NCBI GenBank assembly: GCA_951406725.2
Contig: OX597820.1
Location: 6,696,001 to 6,760,000 of the forward strand
Length of the DNA: 64,000 nucleotides
From: Octopus vulgaris
Lineage: Eukaryota
Direction: 5' to 3'
Within the stretch, counting starts at the first letter, position 1. The number at the start of each line of letters is the position of its first letter. Positions 15,141 through 29,800 of this stretch are shown here, in pieces. The notes under the pieces are model-generated. The model saw only the letters and a program-made list of their open reading frames with translations, did no database searches and was not told where the DNA came from. The translations under genes were made by a program, and so were the position numbers.

Positions 15141-15359
15141 ACTGAGACTCCAGATTTGTGTAAGATATCAAGGACTCAATTCGATGAAACTGAAGTGGAA
15201 CATATACTGAGAATGAACCCTATCCAGAAATTCCCGGAAGCGATGTACCCTGTTCCCTAGTAAGGAAGGCAATGGCAATATTGTGTGCTTATGTGTGGAG
15301 GTTATGTAACATCTGTGGCAGGTACTAAAAGTTTTGAACTGTTCTTCTGCAGTATATGA

Positions 15360-16920
15360 CTAGTGAGATAATCGCTATTTGGGTGTCATTGGCGATACTC
15401 TAAAATAAAAATTCTGCAGTGTCGGTGCAATGGGGATGCAACACCAAGTTGTGTTGCGTTGTATTCCAACGGTAGAACAAGAGGGAACGTGATGATTTCT
15501 TCCAGTTTCCCCCAGTTACTGGGTTTTGCTGCAAAACTGATAATGCTTTACAACTTTCATTAGTTATAAGAAAGTTAGAGTGGTTTGAACTAGGTTAGCG
15601 ATTTTCATATGGTGATCTATATTTAAAGGTTATTTGAAAGTCTTTCACAATAAAATGCTGAGTCCTTCAATTTGTCTTCAGCCAAATTCCGGTAATATTC
15701 GATATCCACTAAAACAATAACATTACATTTATCTCTTTGTATGGGTCATTGTGTTATCGTTTCGGAAACGTTTAAGTGCAGACTTCTCTGATTTGGGTAA
15801 TATTTGGTCTGACGCAAGTATTATGCCTCAGTGAGAATTTGGAAAGCATATCAATATTGGCCCGGATGAGTATTTCTTCTGTTTGGCTTCGTCAATTTTA
15901 ATTTATTCCTTACCAGGAAATCCATCCCACTACGTTTATTGGTAAAATGCTCAACGCGTCGTAAACTGTGAAAAAACTTTTTTAATATTCTCTTCCAAAT
16001 TCTTGGTGGTTGACTGCTGGTTTGGGAATGACTAAGTCCTTTCGCCAAACATGTAGTTCCTCATTATCTAAATCCCTTTTCGATAAATTACTTATTCGTT
16101 CGGTTGTTTCACAATTGTTTCCTCTTGTAGATTTGATTTCTTTCTCGACATTCAGAACAATGGATTCTTCTATTTTTTCTTATTATTATTGTTGAGATTT
16201 TGCCTACTGAACTCTGTTCTTTGGTCCTCCTGTTTCATCCTGTTTTCTTCTGTTTTCTCTACTGTTTCAGGTATTGAGTATATTGTTTCCATTTTCTAGC
16301 ACCATCTTTAAGAATTCTGGAAAAATAATCTGGTTTTATTTCTGAAACTAGAGCATCTCCATGTCTGCATCCTTACATATCATCTTTCTGGAGATCTTGA
16401 AAATGATTTCTAACAGGTTGTACTTCACCGAATATTCTGATCAAAGAAATGTTTGATTTGCTTCTTTTTCTTGCGTATTACAGTGTTTCTTTATGTTCTA
16501 CATTTGTAAAGAGTTTTTACCGTAGTTTATCTTAGATTCACTGCGGGACAACTGTTTTTATTGCTCCGCGTTTTGCTGCATGTTACATTGATGAGATTAT
16601 TTCCTTTTATTTCTATTTCATAAGTACTGCTCTTTTGATATTTCATCGAGACTTTGACTATCGAGAGCTTTGTAGTTCCTCTTGGAACGAGATTTGTTAC
16701 ATACCATCGACCTAAACTACGTCTCACATCAGTTACCGTCTTTTGTAATCCTAAATAATAGCTTTTTGAAGGCGAGAACATTTTTATATCTGTTATCCAG
16801 GGGTCACTTAACTTAATGGTTCAGAGCACTCAGGGATCGATCCACTACAGTGGCTTCCTGGCTACTTCTTTCCTTCTTCTAACGGTATTTACCCGAGTTT
16901 CTAAGCTGTTTTCAAAGCTA
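15360..16920 (-). mobile_element. Penelope-like element, decayed 5' half of the RT ORF
   Basis: Minus-strand fragments LAKGLS..P and LPKSEKSALKRFRNDNT..DKCNVIVLVDIEYYRNLAEDKLKDSAFY match the PLE N-terminal L.KGL.F.P and E..AL..L..D..DKG..V....Y......L.D...Y motifs. Frameshifted. Confidence 0.75.
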
Positions 16921-17496
16921 TATACATACATAGAAAGATGTTTGTGTGTGTGTGTGTGTGTGTGTTTGTACCATAAAAATATATATAGCTATTAGTGTTT
17001 ATATATAACTGTGCATCAATCCAGTATTCGTAGTCAAAGAATAATTGACTCAAGCTACGACATTCTCCACCGTTTCAGATAAACAGCACCTTGGGTCCTC
17101 ACGACTACACCCAATCACTTTTATACTATCAGTGTTTTACTTAATATTTATTGGACTTTTATAATCTTATCCTTTCCTGGATCGGCGCTATATTACACAC
17201 ACACACACGTAAGACCAACTGCGAAAATTCATAAACGCAGAACCTTAACTGTTCATGTAGTTCAATAACCTGGCTTCCTTTTACAATTCTCTGTCAATGA
17301 AGACCCAACATAAACTTACCGACTTTTCAATTTCCATGACAAATATAGAGTATATAGATTATACTCCTAAATATATTAATTTTTCATTGATTTTCCTCTC
17401 TCTCTCTTTCACTCTCTCATTGTTTCCTTCCCCTTCCCTCTCTTTGTGAACACATATTTATATACACACGTATATGCATTCACATATATACATGTA

Positions 17497-17672
17497 TCTA
17501 TATATATGTATAGACACACACGTATAGATATATGTATGTATATATATATATATAGAGAGACACACACCTATAGATATATGTATGTATGTGTATATATATA
17601 TATATATATAGACACACACCTATAGATATATATATATATATAGACACACCCCTATAGATATATGTATGTATG

Positions 17673-17705
<33 letters not shown>

Positions 17706-17822
17706 CTATAGATATATGTATGTATATGTATATATATATATATATATATAGACACACCTATAGATATATGTATGTATATATATATATATATATAGACACA
17801 CACCTACAGATACATATGTATG

Positions 17823-17855
<33 letters not shown>

Positions 17856-17868
17856 CTATAGATATATG

Positions 17869-17909
<41 letters not shown>

Positions 17910-17910
17910 G
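17497..17910. repeat. Compound minisatellite, ~35-50 bp unit
   Basis: About 9 iterations of GACACACACCTATAGATATATGTATG(TA)n with variable TA length. Confidence 0.9.
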
Positions 17911-18668
17911 TACATACATTTGTAGAGACACACAGAGACTCTCACAGACACCCACCCACGTGCAAACAGGGCCTCTCCTCTCTCTCCCTCACACACACTC
18001 TACACACACACACATACACACGCACATACATAATAACGGAAAGTGCGTATGTGTGTGAGAGAGAGAAAGAGCGGGAGAGAGAGAGAGAGAGAGAGAAACA
18101 TAGAACTAGATCCAGATATTATGAATGAGACGAGGAGAAAGAGAGGTTTTAATGAGGAAGGAATATAGAGTTACCATTTCTCTCTCTATTTCTCCATTAA
18201 AGAAACCATAAAGCTTCCAAGATTGGTGAAGTTTCAATTCCAATTCTATTTCATTGTGAATCGCTTTTGCAATGGAACCCAGTGTGGTCACATAGAAACT
18301 CAATATGGCCTTTAATTTAAACCCTTTTCTCCAGCACTCTAAGACAACGTGATTTTTCCAGCAAGTAGCGCTGTTAATAATCAATGACTTCACTAAATCA
18401 TTGATCTCTACATAAGCTGTAAGGTCACGTATATTCTTTACATATTCCACAAATACTTTGCCCAGATTCTTTTTCTCTAATATTTAGATTTTCTCTAAAC
18501 CCTCGCCCCGCCTCCACACACACACCTCTTGCTCTGACAAAATCTGTTATTCTTTTTCAATCTTCTTCGTCTTCTTCTTCTTCTGATGATGATGATGTTG
18601 ACGATTGTGATGAATAGTATTGTTCGTGACGACGACAACGTCCACGATGATGATTATGATGAAGAGTG

Positions 18669-18722
<54 letters not shown>

Positions 18723-20460
18723 CTGTTGCTATTATCTCTTCCAACTAGATCAGCCAGCAGCGCCACCTTGTCATTGAAGTGGGACGTTTTAAATACAATA
18801 CCCAGATATTTCGCACAGATTAACTCTCCATTCAACAGAAAACGTTGTTTGTTTGTTGCAGTAGTGGTGGTAGTAGCCGCAACCCCAGCCCCAGCAGTAG
18901 TAGTAGTAGTAGTATTAGTAATAATAATAATAGTAGCATCTGTTATTATTGTTGTTGTTGTCTTTCTTTTCTAGTTCATCTCCTTTCAGTCGTTGTCAAT
19001 GAGTCTTACGTCCGTTTCCCTCACCCCCCTTCAACCATAAAATAATATTATTTGATAGAATATCTTTTAACAAAAATCCCAGTGACAGGGAGAGAGGAAG
19101 AGAGGGGGGGGATATCCTTCTATTAGCCTACCATTCTAACCATTCCCTCCCCGCTGACTTCTATTGTTCCAATCGCTTTAAGTGTGCGAAAACTATCGAC
19201 AAATCAACACCAGAGTCAGTTGTTTCGTTTATTATTTATATTCATGTTTCGTTTGTAGAATTTTTTTTTTACTTACGCTTTTTTAGATTTATTAGGGAAA
19301 TGACTGTAAAATATTCCCTTCAGGCTGTTATTCTGTAAGAGTGAGGAATGAAAGGTACTCCCTCCAAACTGTTTCGTGGTGCAACATAACCTCTACAGGC
19401 AAACAGGTTGGAGAGAGAGGGTTTTGGAGTAAAAAAATATAAATAAATGTTAGAAAATACACACTCACATGCACGTATGTACACATATAGAGTCACACAA
19501 ATACACACGCACATAACAAAAACAAAAAAACCTATTGACATCTGTTTTCACAAAGATGGCAAGATGGTGCGCGCACACACACCTGTGTACACAGAGAACA
19601 CACAAAACTGCCCACTTAATTTACACACACACACACACACAAACTTACACACCACGCATACATAAATACACAAAGCACTCAGATGTGTATTTAAACATAA
19701 CATCGCCACCCCCGCTCTCTTTGTAATTTAAAAATGAACCTCATGATAGTTTGTGTATATATATATACATTATACATACATCAATATGTATATATATATA
19801 TATGTTTGTATGAATTTACATATATCTGCTCATAGGTATATGTATGTGCATACATGCATATATATATATACAAATATACATACATATATCATACAGAGAA
19901 AAAAGGCGGGGATTCGTTTAAAAAACTAACAATTTCTCAAGAACTGTCCAAAACACAAACAATACGAAATCAATGAAAGCAACGTTAAGTTACTTAAAGT
20001 GATAAACGAGGCGCCTCCTGTCTTAATTCCCAAAATAAATATGGCCGCTCTTCTGAGAAGTTTAGAAGTTTTCAAAGCGAAAAATCATTGCAAAAAAGAC
20101 AAAAAATCCATTATTAAGAAATAAACAGCCTGAAGAAAGGTGAGAATTAAATGGTGGAGATTGTCAGAAGTATTTCCGATGTATGTGATATAGATTAAAT
20201 TTTACACACGCACCCACATACAAACACACACACATATAACTAGTGTGTAAATAAGCATAGGGTTTCAGAGTGAGAGAAGATGAACGAGTCATGTGAATTC
20301 ATAATACATCTACCCGCTAATATGTTAGTGTTTTCGGTGTCATTCATATATATATATATATACACACATATAAGTATATGTATATATACATATGTATATT
20401 GTGTGTTTAGCTCTATGCGTGTATATATATATATATATATATATATATGTTTGTGTGTGT

Positions 20461-20582
20461 ATTGTACTACATGGTACTCACCCCAAAGGGGATGCCTGGA
20501 ACTTCTGGGAGGGTGCAGTGACGTCTACTTAGCGGCCTGGTATAGCTCTCGATGTCAAAGTTTGGTGCCAATCTCTCAGTTC
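20461..20582 (-). mobile_element. CR1-like LINE internal fragment
   Basis: Minus strand LAPNFDIESYTRPLSRRHC is homologous to LVPNFGIEI*TNTRTGRHC of the 34917-36087 element. Confidence 0.6.
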
Positions 20583-20637
<55 letters not shown>

Positions 20638-20764
20638 AATGAGGATATTTAAACCTCTTATAGAGATATTTTTATCCAAGATACACTCATTTAATATGTT
20701 GTATTTTGAAGAGATATTTGGTTAATGAATATGTGATATAAAATATAGTAAAGTAACAAATATT

Positions 20765-21147
20765 ATTATCGAATTTGAATACAGAGATACAATGGATACA
20801 ATTTAATTTTATTAATTAACATAATCACCTGCAATTGTTTAATTTCTCAAATGAAATTAAAACTATAAAACATCTATAAATAAATTTTGCATTTTTACAT
20901 ACTATGGATGGAAATTCGTCAGAATATATATTCTGAATATTCCAAGAAATCATAATGTAATCCTTGTATTGTCCTTTGTGTACCTGATGATTTTCCATCC
21001 AAGGTATTTTAAAATGCAAAATTATATATTTATATATGTTTTGTAGTTTGAATTTTGGTTGAGAAATGAAACAATTGTAGGTGATTATGTTAATTTATAA
21101 ATTAATGTGCAGCCATTAGATCTCTCTGTATCAAACTCAATAATTAT
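20765..21147. repeat. Old imperfect inverted repeat, ~155 bp arms
   Basis: 20765-20920 aligns to the reverse complement of 20985-21147 (e.g. AATTAACATAATCACCT.CAATTGTTT.ATTTCTCAA), roughly 80% by eye. Confidence 0.85.
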
Positions 21148-21179
21148 ACACACATACACACACACATATATATATATAC

Positions 21180-21225
<46 letters not shown>

Positions 21226-21268
21226 ATGTGTGTATAGATAGATGATAGATATACGTATATACATACAG

Positions 21269-21489
21269 ACCAGGGTGTCCGAAAAAGATCCTGGTTTGAG
21301 GTAAAGGAAAACACAGGAGGATCAGTTAATTATGGTTTTATTTCACATACACTTCTATCAGATTCACATACTTATTTATAGCGGTCCTTCAGTTTTTCTA
21401 AGCCCTGTAAAAGAACACGGAAGGTAGGGCCTCCAATCAGGCCTTTCCCGATATCCTTAAAGCCAGGATCTTTTCGGCAACACCTCGTA
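21269..21489. mobile_element. Mariner-type MITE
   Basis: Imperfect ~28 bp terminal inverted repeats (GGGTGTCCGAAAAAGATCCTGGTTT / AAAGCCAGGATCTTTTCGGCAACACCTCG-TA). No ORF. Confidence 0.75.
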
Positions 21490-21829
21490 TCTATCAATCT
21501 GTCTGACTGTGTATTTACACATATATATGTACACATACTCGCACAAACACATACATATGTATATATATATGAATATACATGTGTATGTATATATATATAT
21601 ATATATAAATTTAAATAATGAGGGAGATAAATTAATATTAATTTAAAACCAGTAGTTTAGCATACAAAAATCTAATTCTGTTTTTTATATAAATTTTCAT
21701 CTGTCTTGCCCGCCTAATTTGTTTCTGGTGTTCGCTGAATTTTCCTCTAGAGAGCATTCTTTGTAGTTTGATCGTTGATGATCCATTTCTAGCATGCGGC
21801 CGACTACCTAGCGGTCTTGCCCTGTCAAT

Positions 21830-21886
<57 letters not shown>

Positions 21887-21890
<4 letters not shown>

Positions 21891-21987
21891 CTGGTCGCTG
21901 GGGTGGCGTCGTTCGAAGGCTAAAACAATGCGCACGAATTGTGACCAGCGATGTGTAGCAACATCTGATGGTCTGGTCGGTCACATG

Positions 21988-21989
<2 letters not shown>
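21887..21989 (+). mobile_element. SINE family C tail module in (TA)n
   Basis: Matches the 3' ~110 bp of 46788-47091. Confidence 0.85.
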
Positions 21990-22022
<33 letters not shown>

Positions 22023-22528
22023 GTATGGATACAACTGTTGATTTTGTGCGTTTTGCTATCGGCTGGACACATTAGTCCAAATATAATTGATTAACGATTA
22101 AGAACATTTTAACCATAACTATCCCGATTTCTTTACATCATCTGCGACAGTCACAAAACCAGACAATGAATAAAGCGATAAAGCACAACACAAAATTGTT
22201 ACTAAATCTGACTTTTCTAAAATATACGGAATAAAGGTATAATGTAATGTTTGTTGTTCTCTATAATAATCCTAAATAATGCGTGTGCATAAAAATTAAA
22301 TGCGTAATGTATACTATATGCATATACACACGGAGTCACACTGCGAAACAAAACGAATATGTATTATATTCAGAGATAATATACATTGTTATCTTCAGAT
22401 AACTGAAGAGGTTATCGGGTGCGAGTGATTTATGTTTACCGTGCTATCGTCCATTTTTCTGCAGGTTGAGTTTTGATGGTTTCCGTTTGTTGCATTCTTT
22501 CTGTTCTACCTTTGATTTTATATATATA

Positions 22529-23115
<587 letters not shown>

Positions 23116-25078
23116 GAGGTAGAGGGAGAAAAAGAGAGAGAATCCTGGCGGTTACCGTGTTGTCTCTTCTATCGGTCCCCAATGCCGGCTTACCGCAGCG
23201 AATGTTGGTGAAACTCAAATTAGTGAAAATATATTAGCCTCGGTTATTATCTTCGCTTGGTAAATCGTACAGCTATAAAAATGACCCTGAGGATGCTGCA
23301 CCGATAATTAACACCAAGATGCACCCATAGCAGTGTGCATTTCAGCTCAAACGTGCGTAACTCTGAGAGAAGAAAGATTTAAACAACTGTATAAGAAAAT
23401 TGGATGCATATATCTCCGCTCTCCTGATATTCAATAATCTCATACACACACACACACATATATATATAGTTATATTTCGGGTTGGCCATGTTTTTCTTGT
23501 CAATTAAACACACGCGCTGTATATTCATTTTTCACTTCAGATTTATTATTTTTTCAATTTATATACAGACACATACACATACACACGCATATGCATACAT
23601 ACATACACACACGTTTGTGTGTACGTGTGTTATGTGTACGTGCGTGCGTGTGTGCTTGTGCGTAAGTGTATGTTTAAGAATGAATTTATGCTTGTATATG
23701 ATTGTGTGTAGGTATTGAATAACTTTTTATTCTTCCACGTATTCTTAACGTTATTCAGATCCACGCCGTTACCGTAGATTTAGTATTAAAAACAAAATTG
23801 TTAGAATTCTGTTAGGATGAGCTACGATCAAGAAATCTACTCTGTGGATTTTCGTACGGGATTTCATAGTGCAGTTATGTCAAGAATAACGCATTTGTTA
23901 TTTAGACAAACCTATGAAATGTGGGAGTTGTTCTCCTTAAAAGATAGGATCCCATTCTTAATGGAAACCAGTGATGACCCGCACTTGAGTAATTGCCATA
24001 CCCAGCTATGTCGAAATATTTCACTCTTCATCCAAATTCGGTCTTCTAAATAGTTATCGATTTATAAATAACACACACACACACACATACGACTACGTAC
24101 CGACGCACCCGTCTATAAGTATTTATTATTTCTCCTCAACTCTCTCCGTCTCTCTCTCACACATAGAGATATGTGTGTGTGTGTGTGTATATATATATAT
24201 GTGTCTGTCTGTCTGTCTGTGTGTGCGTGCATATATATGTATATATCCGTGTGTGTATGCATATATATATGTATGTGTGCGTGTGTATATGTATGTACGT
24301 ATGTACATATGTGTAATATATATATATATATATGTATATATCCGTGTGTGTATGCATATATATATGTGTGTGTGTATATGTATGTACGTATGTACATATG
24401 TATGTATATATATACACACACATACATATACACGCATATGTACGCTTGTAAATTGTACGCGTTTCGTATATTAATAAACATCGATGACTCAATCACATTG
24501 TATCTAATTCTGATATTTGGCGATATTTTGTAAAATAGAATAAAATAATAACCAAAAATTAAAAAAAAATATACTGCTGCTACAACAACAAACAACAACA
24601 ATTAATAATAATAATAATAGAATTAAACTACAAACAAAATAAAAAAAAAAGTACAAATATTAATTCTAGTTTAATCATTTCAAGCAAGTTAAGAGATTTG
24701 AAAATTTTCGGATAAAACTTAAAATTGTTGTTTTTCTCGTCGTCTTTTGTACATTTTTTGGCTTGTTTTTATTTTTCATTTTTCTCGTTTCTTTCTTCGT
24801 AATCTTACCTATATTGGTATATTTTAATATCGATAATGATTCGCTCGAAATCTTTTAATTTGATTAATTTCAAAAGAATATCTTTCAATATTCCGATCTC
24901 TCTACTTCGTTCGCTCCATCTTGGAGTTTCCATGCAGGCAGTTCTAAGGATTTTCTTGGCTGATTCTTCCATATATATGCAGTTCGAAAATTACAAATAG
25001 ACCGGAAATCGAAACACAAAATAGATCCAGGAATGTGTACGTAGGTAGTAGGTAAGTAATTGCGTGTCTATATATGTC

Positions 25079-25118
<40 letters not shown>

Positions 25119-25307
25119 CGCTACTTATTTATGTGTAATTGCTTTGTTTATTATTTACAAAATATTTTTAAATGTTTTAATTTGTTATTATTTTCGATCT
25201 AATCAAATAGATGGAATTCATAAATTACGTCGTTGAAGAATGCAACAAATAATGTAATACATTGTCTGCTGGTGTGTGTGTGTGTGTGTGTAAAAATATA
25301 TAAAGAT

Positions 25308-25385
<78 letters not shown>

Positions 25386-25574
25386 ATGTGTGTGTGTGTG
25401 CAGATACATGCATGTGTATACACATATGTGTATATACACACAATATCATCAGGTTTCAAAAGAGAACAAAAATTGTGCCCGTACATACACATATGTGTAT
25501 ACATACATACACACTCTTATAAAGAGAGTCGGATTAAGCGAGACAGATCGCTTTGTATGTATACAGAATGCGCT

Positions 25575-25765
25575 GATACATACATACATACATGCATACA
25601 TTGCATACGTACATACATACATACATATATTGCATACATACATACATACATACATACATACATACATACATACATACATACATTGCATACGTACATACAT
25701 ACATACATACATACATATATTGCATACGTACATACATACATACATACATACATATACACACACAT
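25575..25765. repeat. (TACA)n array with recurring TTGCATACG interruptions
   Basis: Direct read. Confidence 0.9.
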
Positions 25766-26345
25766 ATGTATAGTCTTATATACATACTCATGTAAATACA
25801 TATATATCTATGCATGCTTGCGTATTTATATATATTCTTATACATGTATGCATATATAGCAAAAGACAGGGTGACAAAGATAGAGAGAGAGAGACAGACA
25901 GACAGACAGCGAGAGAGAGCGAGAGAGAGAGGGAAAGAGAGAGACGGTGAGAAGGTACATACGAACAATGACACCAACAAACAAACACAAACACCGATCT
26001 TCCGAGGTCTGTAGTTCGTATTAATCTACCCATGTGTATATACTAATATGTAATCATAATATATTTCATATAACATTATGTAATAGCAGCTATGCGACTA
26101 AATGAAGCACATTTTACGATACAAATTAATCAATCTAATATCACCACGCTGCTATATTTATGATTTGGATTTCCTTTCAACAACTTAGTAATGCTAGAGA
26201 TTATCTCAATTTGCTAAATCTATTGATAAACCAAAACCATCGCTACCTAACTCTTATCTCCAATATATTATATCTTCCATTTGTCCATCTTCTTCCTATT
26301 ATATAGACGGTAAAATGTTCGAGTCGCTGCCACTGTATCTCTCTC

Positions 26346-26416
<71 letters not shown>

Positions 26417-26534
26417 GTCTTTTTATCTATCTATCTGTCTTTTTATCTATCTCACTATTTTTCTGATTGTCTATCCATGTATCTCTCTCTCTATCTAACT
26501 ATTTAACTATCTAACTTTACCCACCTCCGACAAC

Positions 26535-26762
26535 TACCTTATTCCCCAGATCTTACTCTTGAAGCTTCTCAAAAATCAATTCCCTCTTGAAAGTGATGTG
26601 ACGTGAGTATACTGAAAAAAAAAGAGTTCCCAAAATGCTTCCATTGAATAAAGGGTGTGGCTTCAAAAGGAGCTACTTCGAAGGGAATTAAATGTCGAAT
26701 TTACATGTGTTGTAATACATCTTTAGAATACACATACCGATGCTTTTTGATCAGACCACATA
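26535..26762 (+). mobile_element. Mariner transposon 3' relic
   Basis: TATTCCCCAGATCTT (YSPDL), GSYFEG, and a terminal GATGCTTTTTGATCAGACCACATA similar to the right TIR at 60850-60879. Confidence 0.65.
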
Positions 26763-27418
26763 TATATCTGTATCAGTAATTGTCTTAAGGGATCTGGAGA
26801 TACGTAACGTCCTTATTAACAAAGATTTAGAGATAGAGGCGTAAGAGTCCATCTCATATTGAATCCAAGTTCCTTGATGTTTTTGCATAGATGTAGAGCG
26901 ATTTATAATAGCTGTGATATTCGTTCGAATTGACTATGCTCTATTTTTCTAAACAATATTATAAATATCATCAAATATGATTTAAGATCGGTTTTCAGTG
27001 ACCTGATCTGTCTAACTGTACAATTATCAACAAATATTGGTTTGTGATTTTTAATCGATACCAAAGAACTTGTTGAGTGACTGAATTTTTAAACAATTAC
27101 ATTGTAGCTATACAATTGACAAGCTTAATTAAGAAATATATGTAAACGATTAGTACACCCTTGATTGCTGGAGAGGCTCTTTCAGCAAAGGTTTTTGTGG
27201 CCGTAATCACCTCACATACCTTTCTTTTAACCATTTGTGTGGCTTCACAAATATTTTATTTCATTACTGAATGGCCTTTATGTTATTCGGTAATGCACTG
27301 TGCACTGTGTTATTGTGAATGGCGCATTTGAAGGAATGCATACATACATATATATATTTCAATCTGTCTATCTACCTGCCGGTCTGCCTTTGAATCTACA
27401 TAACTATTTCCATATATA

Positions 27419-27644
27419 TTTTTTACTACCCACAAGGGGCTAAACACAGAGGGGACAAGCAAGGAAAGACAAACGGATTAAGTCGATTACATCGACCCAG
27501 TGCGTAACTGGTACTTAATTTATCGACCCCGGAAGGATGAAAGGCAAAGTCGACCTCGGCGGAATTTGAACTCAGAACGTAACAGCAGGCGAAATAAGGC
27601 TATGCATTTCGCCCGGCGTGCTAACGGTTCTGCCAGCTCGCCGC
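27419..27644 (-). mobile_element. SINE family A, tail type 1
   Basis: Full-length homolog of 1827-2064. Confidence 0.9.
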
Positions 27645-28742
27645 GTTCCATCTATTTCCATATATGCCTTTATATGCATTTATAGATAGACGCAAACACA
27701 TTAGCACACCGCACACACATATACAAATTCACACACATATCGAAGTATGTACCTATAAAATTCATACGGAACGCCGCAGATATGTTTATCGTGTAAAAGT
27801 GAATTCATTAACATTGTTGACAAATGTAAAGAAAGTTTTAAATTCTGATAGAGATTTGACATTTTGAGAAAACATTACTCATTTAGTAGGACACGTACAT
27901 TCAGACACATAAATATGTTCTTGTACATTTGCGTGCACATATACATAACTATAAGCATATATATTATGTATATCATATATAAATATAAATGTATGTTCGT
28001 ATATTATGTGTGTGTATATATATATATAATGCCTATGTAGTTGTAAATATGTAATGTATATGCAAGCACACATAGCAATACATAATATACTGGTGAGAGA
28101 AAAATATGGACGAATTGGAGGAATAGTAATTAACTACTATTCAGCTAATCAAATGGGATCAGAATAACTAAATAAATTCATAAATAAATTAATGTACCAA
28201 TCTGAGGCTGTCACAAAATGTCAGCCCCTGTGAAGCCCACTCCACTCTTGTCAGCAACGTTAACAAATGGATTTTTTTTACCATATCAAATTTTCCGGGA
28301 AGTAACAATCTGCTAGATGAGTCTTTAGTAATTCTGTTTCCGAATTTGTCAAAACGGGAATATTTGGTGTTTCAAAATAAATGTAATGAGTTTTCATTAA
28401 AATATATCCCCAAATCTATTTACTACGTTATTATACAAACAATTCTATATAACATAGCCATTGCTATTAGATAATATTAAAGAATAATAACATTATTGAA
28501 AAAAGAATTCGTTTATATAATATATTTATATTCACTTATGTGACAGGGTTTACATATCAGTGGCCACTCATATTTAATAGAAAGTACAACTTCAACACCT
28601 TCAAATCATGCTATACAGTCTTCAATAAAGGAAAGGTGCATAATATAATATAGAATTACAGACCCCTGCAAACACATACGGTATATTGGGCCATGATCTA
28701 TATGGATCTGAATAGATCGACGGCAAAACATGAGCAATAACA

Positions 28743-28942
28743 TTTTCTACTTTAGGTACAAGGCCCGACATTTTGGGGGAAGGGCCAGTCGATTAGATCA
28801 ACCCCAGTTCGCAACCGGTACTTAATTTATCGACCCCAAAAGGATGAAAAGCAAAGTCGACGTTGGTGAATTGAACTCAGAACATAAAGACATACGAAAT
28901 GCCGTTAAGCAATTCGCCCAACGATTCTGCCAGCTCGCCGTC
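28743..28942 (-). mobile_element. SINE family A, tail type 2
   Basis: Same head and core, with the alternative tail. Confidence 0.85.
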
Positions 28943-29366
28943 TTTAATAGTGCCACAACGACAATAGCATGAGTCTATCGATCAGTAGAGTATCGGGGAT
29001 TGATCACATGATCAGTAAATCTTGTATGATATTGACTCTTCTTTTGTTTATGGAGACAGTGAAGAGTAAGAAAATAAAATCATTGGTGGAACGGTCAGTA
29101 TGTCTTGCATTTGTGTTCAATCCCAGCCGATTCTATCATTAATTCTCTGCGACCCTTTAAAATCAGATCCAATCAAGTGTTTAGGTCATCTACTGGAATC
29201 TAGACTCTCTCAAATCCGTTGCAATCTTTATCTTGGCAATAATCATTGAGTTGTAGACTTGAGTGTTTATCAGAGTTTAACACCGTCACTTGGAATTTGG
29301 ATAACTTCAACACAGGCCATTGCTTTGCAAGCATTGTGGTCGTCTACGAATCTTATAATCACAACC

Positions 29367-29800
29367 ATTATTATTATTATTATTATTTTCCCTTCTTTCT
29401 TCAAATTTTCTTCCGTTTCTCGCCGAGTGTTTTCCGTACACGTAGGGCAGAGACGCTCATTGTATGCATTCAGATTACACACGCAAATTTACAGGTAAAG
29501 TATGTATTTAAAAAATTAATGAATAAATAAATTCATGAATGGGTGTTGTTTTCACAGCGATAATGCTCTTCGCAGTACATGAGCCGTTCCAATCAACACG
29601 ATTTTTTGCACTTCCTGTAGCCTGGTATTATTTTCAAATACGTTTCAGTACCTTTTTTGTATCATTCCTAGAGATTCCACAATCACTGGTACTGTAGTCG
29701 CCCTGAGATGCCATATTTTTTTCAATTTCCATTAGCAAGTCCTTATATTTACTAATCTTGTCAAATTCCTTTGCTGCTATATTGTGATCGCAAGATGAGA
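29367..29800 (-). mobile_element. R4/Dong-like LINE 3' end ending in (AAT)n
   Basis: CDHNIAAKEFDKISKYKDLLMEIEK and LQEVQKIVLIGTAHVLRRALSL* match the restriction-like endonuclease C-terminus. The 3' UTR runs into (AAT)n. Confidence 0.85.

Noticed and set aside
17497-17910. CRISPR-like repeat-spacer array
   Set aside because: The spacers are just variable TA runs, the context is eukaryotic, and there are no cas genes.
18106-18450. 114 aa non-repetitive ORF as a host exon
   Set aside because: No recognisable motif or convincing splice context, and the length is within chance for this window.
25233-25859. Longest ORF (208 aa) and the many YI/HT/CV/poly-I/N/L ORFs, e.g. 37567-38273
   Set aside because: Stop-free translations of (TA)n, (CA)n, (TACA)n and (AAT)n tracts, with no protein-like content.
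26840-27060. Old CR1 RT relic on the minus strand (FVDNC, IKELG)
   Set aside because: Too degenerate to support.
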